Origin: Deinococcota bacterium
Lineage (GTDB): Bacteria > Deinococcota > Deinococci > Deinococcales > Thermaceae
DNA length: 64,000 bases
Assembly: GCA_041695225.1 (NCBI GenBank)
Contig: JBGFRI010000003.1
Location: 32,001-96,000 of the forward strand
Direction of reading: 5' to 3'
The notes beneath the pieces were generated by a model. The model was not told the DNA's origin. It saw nothing but the letters and a program-made list of their open reading frames with translations, and made no database searches. The translations under genes were made by a program, and so were the position numbers. Position 1 is the stretch's first letter; every line of letters begins with the position of its first letter. Below, piece after piece: positions 47,727 to 56,192 of this stretch.

Positions 47727-48263
47727 ATGCTGATCCTGGGCCTCGACCCTGATCCGGTGGGCGCCACCATCGTGTTTCTGCAGCCGGCCGGGGAGGCCTT
47801 CCGGCTGGTACGCTGGGGACTGGTGCGACCCCCAGGCGCCCCCAGCCAGCACACCTACCAGATCACCCCGGAGGAGTTGCAGGCTCTCCTCCCGGGGACG
47901 GTGGTGGGCGTCGAAGTCATCGACAAGCTCTTCTCCCCCACCAAAGAGGAGGTGGCCCAGCTGCAGGCCACCCGGCAGATGGGCCAGAGCCTGGCCGAGC
48001 TGGCTGAGGAGACCGCCCTGGCCTGCTACACCTTCCCCGGATGCTTCCGGGGCCAGGAAGAGGAGCTTTTCACCGGGGGCTCCTGGCCCAGCCGCCTCAC
48101 CGGCCTGCGCTACCCTGGCGCAAAGGATGTCCGGCGGGAAATCCGCCAGCAGGTGCCTACCATTGCCCGCTGGCTGAGCAATCCCCATGTCCGGGACGCC
48201 CTGGGAGTAGCCCTGCTGGCCGCCCGGCTGGCCCAGCGGGAGGGCCGCTGGACAGCCTGCTGA
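47727..48263 (+). CDS. RuvC-like (RNase H fold) protein
   Basis: ILGLDP, VGVE and HVRDALGVAL motifs. Confidence 0.65.
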   Translation: MLILGLDPDPVGATIVFLQPAGEAFRLVRWGLVRPPGAPSQHTYQITPEELQALLPGTVVGVEVIDKLFSPTKEEVAQLQATRQMGQSLAELAEETALACYTFPGCFRGQEEELFTGGSWPSRLTGLRYPGAKDVRREIRQQVPTIARWLSNPHVRDALGVALLAARLAQREGRWTAC

Positions 48264-48316
48264 AGCCACAGCAATAACAGAAGGCCCCTCACCGGGGCCT
48301 TCCTTTTTCGTCTTCT

Positions 48317-49048
48317 TCAGGCCGCCTCGTAGCCAAACCCGGTCTTGCGCACCAAGTTTTTGGCCTCGAGGGCCCCGCAGATCCCGATAATGTCCCTGGT
48401 CTGAAGCCTGGTCCTGCCCGCCAGCTCGGTTATATCGTAGATTCCCTGGGCAATCAGGCCCATCACCAGCCGCTCAGGCCCATTCAGCGCAGCCTCCGCA
48501 CCAGGCTGGGCCTGGGTGTGTATGTGATTCTCCACCCGCACCATAGCCGCGGCAACCGCCCCGGCCTGGGCCGGCGGGGCCAAGCTAGAGGACTGGCTCG
48601 AGCGCACCCCCATCTGGATGGCGGTCTCCTCCTCCGGCGCCTCGCTCAAGGCACCCAGCACCTGGCCGATCCGCATGGCCGTGAGAGGCACGAAGGTCGA
48701 AAGAATAAAGCCCACCGCCGCATCAGCCCAGCGGGCCGCCAGCAGGTGGTCCCAGACCATCGAGTAGGCCACCGCAAACCAGACCAGCAGCATTGCCGAG
48801 ACCGCCGCCTGCTTGGCCATCGCCGCCCCCATCCCCCGCAAACGCACCGAAAGGTACGAAAAATACAGGATGGCCATATCCAGGCCCAGCGCCACCCCCA
48901 CCGCCCCGATCCAGCCAGGAATCATCAGATCCCCCAGCTGCACCGGGTGCGAGTAGCGCAGCAGCGCATGTAGCAGGTGCAAAAACGAGGTCACCAGAAT
49001 GGTGGTGTAGACGAACAGGCCAATCCAGATCAACTGTCTCTTGTTCAT
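48317..49048 (-). CDS. membrane protein (about 4 TM) with C-terminal wHTH-like domain
   Basis: Hydrophobic N-half; ITELAGRTRL...LEAKNLV. Confidence 0.65.
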   Translation of the reverse strand: MNKRQLIWIGLFVYTTILVTSFLHLLHALLRYSHPVQLGDLMIPGWIGAVGVALGLDMAILYFSYLSVRLRGMGAAMAKQAAVSAMLLVWFAVAYSMVWDHLLAARWADAAVGFILSTFVPLTAMRIGQVLGALSEAPEEETAIQMGVRSSQSSSLAPPAQAGAVAAAMVRVENHIHTQAQPGAEAALNGPERLVMGLIAQGIYDITELAGRTRLQTRDIIGICGALEAKNLVRKTGFGYEAA

Positions 49049-49159
49049 ACTGCGCCATCTCCTGTGCAACCATTATATATCATATTTTCTGCCCTCTCAT
49101 CCGTCTCAGGCCATATTGGGCCTGGGCAGCAGTCGGCGCCCTCTGAGGCAATGAGGTCC

Positions 49160-49296
49160 TTCCCTCTCTCATACTGTCTCATCAAGTGGTGAGCAAAAAC
49201 GACCTCTTTTTCCCGTCCCAGACGGCAGTATTCTCCAAACGGGCCACACCCATCCAGCCCCATCACCCCGCCCGCTTCCGCATCACCCAGGGATCC
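49160..49296 (+). repeat. 137-bp direct repeat, copy 1
   Basis: Identical by eye to 51389-51525. Confidence 0.9.
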
Positions 49297-50294
49297 ACCC
49301 CGTAGCCACCAAACACCCGTTCCAGGGCAGCAAATGCCTGCTCCGCTGTCCGCAGCATCTCCTCCGCCTCCTCCCGCTGCTGGGGGTCCAGGATATGCCG
49401 CAGATTCCGGCGCAGCTGCCGCAGCCCTGCCATCATCCGTGTGCGTTGCACGGGCTCGGAGCGCTGCCCCAGCAGGCGGCGGCGCTCCTGCTCCAGTGTT
49501 TTGACCAGATCCCCCCGCCGGCCCTCCTCCCGAATAAACTCGGCGAGCACCTCATCCTCGAGGTCGGGATGGTCGGGTAGGGCCCGCCTCATTTTTTTGA
49601 TCCAGGCGCTCATCCGCCGGCCAGGCTCCCAGGCCAGATGCCCCTCCTGCAGGGCCTCCTGTACCAGGGGGTGCAGGTTCTGGTAGGCAGCCAGATAAGC
49701 GGCCATCTCCTCCAGCTCCAGCCCCTGCAGAGCGAACATCTGCCGCAGCTCCTGCCGCAGCCAGGCGTACCGCTCCAGCACCCAGTCGGGAGGCGGGGGC
49801 ACCCGCGCCTTCTCGGGATCGACCACATACCGGACGATGTTAGCCCACTCCTCGCGGGAGAGTGTTTGCCCCGAGGCTGCATTGATAAAGTCCAGGCTGT
49901 GGCCCCAGGCCATCCAAAACTCCTCGAAGACCTCCAGCCGGGTCTGGCGGTTGCTGGCCGTCAGAATCTCCTTTCCCATACTGGTCTCGAACAGGACGCA
50001 GGGCACGAACCGCAACCCGGCCGCTTTTGCCGCCCGCCAGCGCCGCTCGCCAGAAACGATATAGCAGCGGTTGTTCACCACCGAGATCACCAGTGGGGTC
50101 AGGACGCCCACATCGCGGATGCTCTCCTCCAGCTCCCGCATCAGAACGGGATCAAAAGTCTTGCGGGGCTGGTGAGGGTGGGGCTCGAGGTCATTCACAT
50201 TCATGGGAAAAATCTTGCGGTCGTTCTCCTGGGCGTACAGGTCAGGGATGGCACGTACAAACTCCAGCTCAGGGTTGTCAGTTTTATCAGGCAT
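49263..50294 (-). CDS. ParB/Spo0J-like protein (second, divergent)
   Basis: PHPHQPRK.F, L..SI..VGVL.P and SGERRWRAA motifs. Confidence 0.85.
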   Translation of the reverse strand: MPDKTDNPELEFVRAIPDLYAQENDRKIFPMNVNDLEPHPHQPRKTFDPVLMRELEESIRDVGVLTPLVISVVNNRCYIVSGERRWRAAKAAGLRFVPCVLFETSMGKEILTASNRQTRLEVFEEFWMAWGHSLDFINAASGQTLSREEWANIVRYVVDPEKARVPPPPDWVLERYAWLRQELRQMFALQGLELEEMAAYLAAYQNLHPLVQEALQEGHLAWEPGRRMSAWIKKMRRALPDHPDLEDEVLAEFIREEGRRGDLVKTLEQERRRLLGQRSEPVQRTRMMAGLRQLRRNLRHILDPQQREEAEEMLRTAEQAFAALERVFGGYGVDPWVMRKRAG

Positions 50295-50370
50295 AACCTT
50301 CCTCCAACGCAGAGTTTAGCAACTATGAGATTCGATTGTCTACTATCACAACCGGGTATATAATTAACCC

Positions 50371-51009
50371 ATGAAGCTATCCACCCTCTCCAAAACCACC
50401 GGCATCTCCGAACGCACCATCAACCGCGCCGTCAAACAGCTGGCCCAGAGTGACGGCCTGGCCCTGAGCAATGGGGAGGTATCCGGGCCGGACCTCCCTT
50501 ACTTGCTGGCTACCCTGGACGAGCTGAAGGGGATGCCAGCCTCCGCACGGCTGCCGGTAGTAGAGCGCTTCCGGGAGTTGAAGCAGCGGGGTGGCGGCCA
50601 GACTCCTGCCCCCTCCGGGGAAACAGGCCAGGCCGGGCCTGGTGGTGAGCAGCAGGTACAGCAGGTGCTGGCAGAGCTGCGCCAGGCGGTTGCGGGCCTC
50701 GAGAAAAACCAGCGCAGCCAGCAGGCTGATCTGCACAAGCGGCTGGTGGCGCTCGAGGAGCGGTTTGCCCGGGTGAATAAAGCCATGACCGCTATTGAGC
50801 TGATGCTGGAGGATGAGGATGTGGACAATAACCTCTATAACATCCTGGTTGGGCATATCGGGGCCTTCAACCACCGGCTGACCCGGAATGAGCAATACTG
50901 GAGTGAGCTAGGGCGGGGGTTGACCGCGGCCTACGTGAAGCTGGCGGATGACAAGCGGGAGATCAAGAACTTGATCAAAGATTTGATCGCACTCCTGAGC
51001 CCCAAGTAG
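50371..51009 (+). CDS. HTH plus coiled-coil protein
   Basis: LSKTTGISERTINRAVKQL HTH; leaderless TATAAT-N6-ATG. Confidence 0.7.
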   Translation: MKLSTLSKTTGISERTINRAVKQLAQSDGLALSNGEVSGPDLPYLLATLDELKGMPASARLPVVERFRELKQRGGGQTPAPSGETGQAGPGGEQQVQQVLAELRQAVAGLEKNQRSQQADLHKRLVALEERFARVNKAMTAIELMLEDEDVDNNLYNILVGHIGAFNHRLTRNEQYWSELGRGLTAAYVKLADDKREIKNLIKDLIALLSPK

Positions 51010-51388
51010 AGCCTGGCTGGCCCGGAAAGTTTAGACCGGCGTGTCACGGCGCGTTGGTCTAATTTCGTCTGGGGAGGCAGAGCAGTTGGGAGGAGTGGGG
51101 GTATGTCGGAAGCGCTCGAGCGACAAAATGACCAACGTGTCATGACAGGTTGGTCAAACTCTCTGGAAAAAAAGGTTTGAGTTTGGGGGGTGGTTGGATG
51201 CCCTGGAGAGGGGCAGGCCGCCCTCCCCGGCATCGCCAGCTGAACCTGTCCCGCTATGGCTGCCTCTGTCGTTGTCCCGGTGGTGGCTGCTGTGGTCGCA
51301 GTCTTTCCAGCTGTTGCCGCGGCTGTTCTGGTTGAAAATGCTGGGCGCCATTTCGCAGCACCTCCTTCGCCTCCTCCCACCCTACTCT

Positions 51389-51525
51389 TTCCCTCTCTCA
51401 TACTGTCTCATCAAGTGGTGAGCAAAAACGACCTCTTTTTCCCGTCCCAGACGGCAGTATTCTCCAAACGGGCCACACCCATCCAGCCCCATCACCCCGC
51501 CCGCTTCCGCATCACCCAGGGATCC
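51389..51525 (+). repeat. 137-bp direct repeat, copy 2
   Basis: Identical by eye to 49160-49296. Confidence 0.9.
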
Positions 51526-51624
51526 CCCATACCCGCAGAATGTCCGCACCAGATATATGAAGTCTTGGGTCTGGGATCGCGGTACCATTTCTTACACCCA
51601 TACCGCTGAGACGAGGCACAAGTA

Positions 51625-52020
51625 TCAGGACTTTTTGCACCACATTCCGCACCGGCCCTCGCCTTCAAAGCGGATCAGGGTGACATAGCCCTGGCGCTTA
51701 CCTTCGACGCCTTCTTCTTCAAACTGCCAGGCGCCACGGGAATACTTGGTGACCTCGGGCAGGCCATTACGGGCGCTCAAGAAGCGTTTCCGCCAGTGGT
51801 AGCCAAAGGCGGTAACTGTCCCGTTGGTATCCTGTGTGGCTCCCAGAAACGCCCAGTCAAAGCAGTCGTGGCAGGCTTTAGGTAGTACAAAACCACCAGG
51901 GGGCGGGCCAGCCGAACGGAAGCCTTTCTTCCCCCAGATCCGGAGGGTCTCGAGCCAGTTGTCTTCAGTAGTCTCGACCTCAATGATATGTCCTAGCGGG
52001 CTAAACAGCTCGATGCGCAC
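51625..52020 (-). CDS. ddrB: DdrB-like ssDNA-binding/annealing protein
   Basis: P.GG..P....FDW..LGA, KYSRGA and YVTL..F.G match remembered Deinococcus DdrB motifs. Confidence 0.8.
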   Translation of the reverse strand: MRIELFSPLGHIIEVETTEDNWLETLRIWGKKGFRSAGPPPGGFVLPKACHDCFDWAFLGATQDTNGTVTAFGYHWRKRFLSARNGLPEVTKYSRGAWQFEEEGVEGKRQGYVTLIRFEGEGRCGMWCKKS

Positions 52021-52083
52021 AGCATCAGTTTAGCACCACTCATCCAGTTTGACAGATGCGTTGCGATCTGTTAATCTTGTGTT

Positions 52084-52305
52084 ATGGTACGACGACGTAG
52101 AGGATCTAAAACCCCGGCCCGTACCCTGGCAGCAGCTAAGGCCCGCTCCCATATCACCAGCCGGGCCCCACTGCCGGGCCATATCCGGCGTCAGCTCTGG
52201 GTCTATGCGCCGGAGAAGGCAGTGTTGTGGTTTCGGAGTCTGGGCTCGAGGGAGATGGGTCGGATTATTGCCCGGTTGTATCAAGAGCGGGAGGACGCAA
52301 AATGA
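52084..52305 (+). CDS. small basic hypothetical protein
   Basis: Leaderless TAATCT-N6-ATG; ATGA overlap with the next gene. Confidence 0.55.
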   Translation: MVRRRRGSKTPARTLAAAKARSHITSRAPLPGHIRRQLWVYAPEKAVLWFRSLGSREMGRIIARLYQEREDAK

Positions 52306-52640
52306 ACCGTGAAGCAACAACGTTACATCGCCAGGCCATGGAGGCTGCCGATAAAGCCTTTTTAGCCAAGTTGCGCGGTGATTTGGAGGTAGCCCAGGAG
52401 TTTGCCGCGAAAGCCTTTGAGTTGGAAAAGCGAGCCGCTGAGCAGCTTATTAATAGTCAGCCTGGGGCTGAACCATCAAGATCAGTGTTGTTGCGTAGTG
52501 CAGCAGCACTGGCCTTGGCTATTGCAAACTACCAGGAAGCTCGTCGCCTGGTTCATATTGCACTTGAGGGTAATCCACCCGCTGAGATTGCCGTTGAGCT
52601 GGGTGATCTCAAAGAAGAGATAGACCGACATTGTTTCTAG
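52302..52640 (+). CDS. helical hypothetical protein
   Basis: GGAGG RBS; LHRQAM...EPSRSVLLRSAA. Confidence 0.7.
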   Translation: MNREATTLHRQAMEAADKAFLAKLRGDLEVAQEFAAKAFELEKRAAEQLINSQPGAEPSRSVLLRSAAALALAIANYQEARRLVHIALEGNPPAEIAVELGDLKEEIDRHCF

Positions 52641-53680
52641 GAACCGCTGTGAACTACCCCCACCCAGCCCTGCCAGCAGTGATAACGAGCCTGCGTGAAC
52701 TCGAGCAGGACCGCGCCCTGGTGGTAGACCTGAGTAAGGTAATCTACCAGGAGCAGCCCAGGCACCCGGCAGTGCCAATAACGGTAAGCCAGGTCTTCGA
52801 GCTTCTAGCAAAGCACGGCTACCACCGGCTGCCCATGCCCTCGGCTCTGATGTTCGGCTCGGTAGCCGCCGCCCTGGCTACCTGGCGGCTCACCAAAGGA
52901 GCTTACCTATTCGATGCCAGCATCTGGGAGCAGATCCGGGAGACGCCTTTGACGAAGCTACCCCAGGCCCTGCTCCAGCGCCTGCCCGAGCCAGCGCCGC
53001 TTTTGCTCTTCCCTACCCCACTGGACTGGTTAGGCCACCAGGTAGATGCCGCCCACGCCTACTTTGACTGGGACAGCCGGGGCGAGCCTCACCTGGAGCT
53101 GCGCTTTCTCTGCTGGGTACGCCAGGAAGTAGGGCATACAACTCTCTCGGTCGTCCTGGATCTGGACGCCGAGACCCTGGACGACTGCCTGGAGCGCACC
53201 ATGCAGCGCACCTGGAAGGAGCTGGCTGGTGTTCCCAGGTCGGATAAGCTGGTGGGAACCCTTGAGGAGTCGAAGGCATCGGTACGTAACTTGCTCCTGG
53301 CACTGCTCAACACTGTGCTATTTCTCTGTCAGGAGGAGCCGGATCTCTCCGATACACCCCGCCAGCGGCCTCCATCACGAGCCAAGCTCAAGCTGTTGCA
53401 GACTCCCAGGACGCCAAGGGTCATTCAGACCGGTTGGCGGTGGGGTGCTGCGCTGCGCCAGCACCAGGACGAGCAAGCAGCCCAGGCTGGTAAAAAGACG
53501 CTACCCACCGGACGGTCGGTGCAGCCCCATGTACGCAGAGCGCACTGGCATCTGTACTGGACAGGGGAAGGTAGCCGTAAAGACCCCAACAAGGCAACAC
53601 CCCGGCTGAAGTGGGTGGGGGCTACGCTAGTTGGAGGCGAGGTCGAGGCTGTGACGGTGCGCAAAATGGAGGCGTCATGA
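52631..53680 (+). CDS. AcrVA2-family-like protein
   Basis: TWR.TKG.Y.FD, L.RLPE and C-terminal PHVRRAHWH.YW motif. Confidence 0.65.
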   Translation: MFLGTAVNYPHPALPAVITSLRELEQDRALVVDLSKVIYQEQPRHPAVPITVSQVFELLAKHGYHRLPMPSALMFGSVAAALATWRLTKGAYLFDASIWEQIRETPLTKLPQALLQRLPEPAPLLLFPTPLDWLGHQVDAAHAYFDWDSRGEPHLELRFLCWVRQEVGHTTLSVVLDLDAETLDDCLERTMQRTWKELAGVPRSDKLVGTLEESKASVRNLLLALLNTVLFLCQEEPDLSDTPRQRPPSRAKLKLLQTPRTPRVIQTGWRWGAALRQHQDEQAAQAGKKTLPTGRSVQPHVRRAHWHLYWTGEGSRKDPNKATPRLKWVGATLVGGEVEAVTVRKMEAS

Positions 53681-54033
53681 GCAGTGCTCCCACTTATAAG
53701 GCTACCCTCGAGCTCTTCGAGCTGCTTTCAGGCTCTCCCGCCGATACCCACTGGCGGGCCCTGCTCAGAATAGCCACCGCCAGCGATGCAGCCTGGACGC
53801 TCTTTGAGCCATTCCTGGAGATGGAGCAGCGCCGGGTGGAGATGGAAGAGATCGAGCAGGCCCTCCCCGGGCTGAACCTGATCCAGGCCCGGCTGGTGGG
53901 GCTGGCCCTGCATTTTTACCAGGGCTACGGGGCGGTGGATATGGCCGCCCTGGCCGAGGGCCTGGATACCCAGCACTGGGAGGCGGTGCTGGAGGCCCTG
54001 GAGATCTACCGTGCTGGTTTTGTGGAACATTAG
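53677..54033 (+). CDS. hypothetical protein
   Basis: ATGA overlap and GGAGG RBS. Confidence 0.6.
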   Translation: MSSAPTYKATLELFELLSGSPADTHWRALLRIATASDAAWTLFEPFLEMEQRRVEMEEIEQALPGLNLIQARLVGLALHFYQGYGAVDMAALAEGLDTQHWEAVLEALEIYRAGFVEH

Positions 54034-54039
54034 GCACCT

Positions 54040-54647
54040 AGTAGATGACGGTGGGGCCTGCATTGAAACGTTTAAGCCAGGTCCTATTTTGGACCTGGCC
54101 CCAGGATGCAGTCGCCAGTTGCATCCCGTTCCCCTTCCCCTCTGGCCTTTTGGCCAGAGCGCCGGCCATCGTCGTGCCTTGATCAGGCTGCCGGCTTCAG
54201 GTTTGTAGCGGTAGCGGGGCCTTAGGGTGTGGCCCTGGTGCAGCCGCGCCTTTGGTACTGCCAGAGACGGACATCGGCCAGCCCGCCCTCCATTCCCGCT
54301 CCACCAGGTGGCGTATAGCTAGCAGGCAAGAGGCCTGTCTACTTAGCCTTCCCATTCCTGGTGTCCTCATGGGAGCCGCAGCTCCCTTAGCCCTACTAGG
54401 TATCCGGTCTTCGTAGGCCCAGAAGGGGGCCCGCCGGACTTGCAACCCGCCTCGGGACGGCAAGGCTCATGGAAATGCAGATGGGAGATTACCCGAGAAG
54501 CCCCCTCCACCTGCTACCGACCACTCACCGTTTGCTAAGCTTTATTGTTTAGCCCAGCAGGCTTCTTTGCGTCTTTACCCCTTTCCCGGTAGCGAAAGGG
54601 GAACTCAGGCACAGGACTAACCCGTTAAACTACCTGAGCGACCATAA
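54040..54647 (-). ncRNA. candidate large structured ncRNA (about 600 nt)
   Basis: TTGACA-N16-TATATT promoter at 54681-54654; many stems; no credible ORF. Confidence 0.45.
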
Positions 54648-54787
54648 GTCTGTAATATACCCAACCCACACTGGATGTCAAGTGGAGCTACAGGGTGTCT
54701 GTCATGATGTCGGACTGGACCCATAACAGCTTCAGTCTAGGCAGTGGTCGTATTAGCGATATAATGCACTGTGATAGGAGGTAATAT

Positions 54788-56020
54788 ATGCTGGAAATCA
54801 GAAAAGGCATAATGTACTGGAAAGAAGACTCGCTCGGTCCAATATGGGCTGAAAAACCGACCCAGGCAGTTCAGGCAACTGAAGAGGAGCTGGCCACCCT
54901 GGCCACAAGCCACGGTGAGGAAGGCCCCATCCCCCGCCATCTCCTGCACCAGTGCTTCTTCTGGGTCAGGGGGGAGAGCGTGCCAGAGGACTATATCCCC
55001 TTCAGCAGCACCCTGGGGGTGGGAGTCCCGGGCGTCTACTTCCTGGGCCGCAAGATACAGCCCAGGGATCTGGAAAGTGCTGATGTGCTGAGACTGGCTC
55101 AGTACAAGCTGCACCCCAATCAGCACCAGGGTCTAGCCGCCTGGCGGAGGTTTCCTTGGCTGGGACTACACGACAGAGTCGACTTTCGGGCGGTGGAGGG
55201 AGGCATCTATAAGTGCGATGGCCTCCTGTTGGACTCGAGTGGCGATGTAATCTACCAGTCTGGTGTAGCCCAGCCTAGCGCAGCCTTGCTAGACTGGTTG
55301 GCCCAACAACCGCTATGGGCAGTTAAGGAGTTAAAGACCCGGGCAATCACTGGGTGGAAGATTCACCCGGAGGTACATCCAGGGTGGAAAGAACTTGCCA
55401 CCTGGGAACGAAACCAGGGTAGAGAAGCCTGGGGCCTGTACCAGCATGAGTCCTCGCTTTACCTGGCAGGACCGGGAGTGCTGGTAGAACACAAAACCAG
55501 CAAGCGCAGCCTCCAGCGTATGCTGGAGGCTGGCTACCTGCGCCCTAACGATCCTACCCGCCTGCTCTGGTTGGAGGCCGTTACGGGTAAGCGGCTGGCA
55601 GACGCCCAGCACGGACACACGCAACCAACGGAGGTTTTGTTGCTGGGGGAAAATCTCCTCCTGACGCATTACCATTTTTGGCGTGCGTGTCGTCCCAAGC
55701 AAAAACGCTGGGTCGTAAATTACTCCGGCAACGAGCAGCTGACCCCAGAAGAAATAGACCTGATTGGTCAGCATAATCTGGAGGCGCTTAAAGACTGGGC
55801 GGGGGGTTCCTACGCTTTCCAGGCCTACCTCGGTCTGGTGCGGGGCCAGCCACTGGCTATCTGGAAGCACCGGAACGGGGATCCAGGCTGCAGTACGGTA
55901 CTGACAGCGCTCGACAAAAAGCCAGGCCATGGGCGAGTGTTGCTGCAAGGCTCGCTGAAGGAGGTTGTCGCAGCCGACCACGAAAGCCTCCTGGCCATGG
56001 AGATGCTGACCAGGATCTAG
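54788..56020 (+). CDS. hypothetical protein, paralog family member 3
   Basis: Shares motifs with the 32141 and 41480 genes. Confidence 0.8.
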   Translation: MLEIRKGIMYWKEDSLGPIWAEKPTQAVQATEEELATLATSHGEEGPIPRHLLHQCFFWVRGESVPEDYIPFSSTLGVGVPGVYFLGRKIQPRDLESADVLRLAQYKLHPNQHQGLAAWRRFPWLGLHDRVDFRAVEGGIYKCDGLLLDSSGDVIYQSGVAQPSAALLDWLAQQPLWAVKELKTRAITGWKIHPEVHPGWKELATWERNQGREAWGLYQHESSLYLAGPGVLVEHKTSKRSLQRMLEAGYLRPNDPTRLLWLEAVTGKRLADAQHGHTQPTEVLLLGENLLLTHYHFWRACRPKQKRWVVNYSGNEQLTPEEIDLIGQHNLEALKDWAGGSYAFQAYLGLVRGQPLAIWKHRNGDPGCSTVLTALDKKPGHGRVLLQGSLKEVVAADHESLLAMEMLTRI

Positions 56021-56192
56021 GCAAGGCACAGGTAGAGCACCCGGCTAAGGCTTGTCCCTAGCCGGGTTCTTGTCTAGTTTGCTCCCGCTCATCCCTGGAA
56101 ATAAAGTTACCCCAATTCCTTCTTCTGTAGTATCGCCTTGTCCATCCACGCCGCCCCGGTCTGCAGCCGGCGCAGTTGCGCCACTAGCTGCT

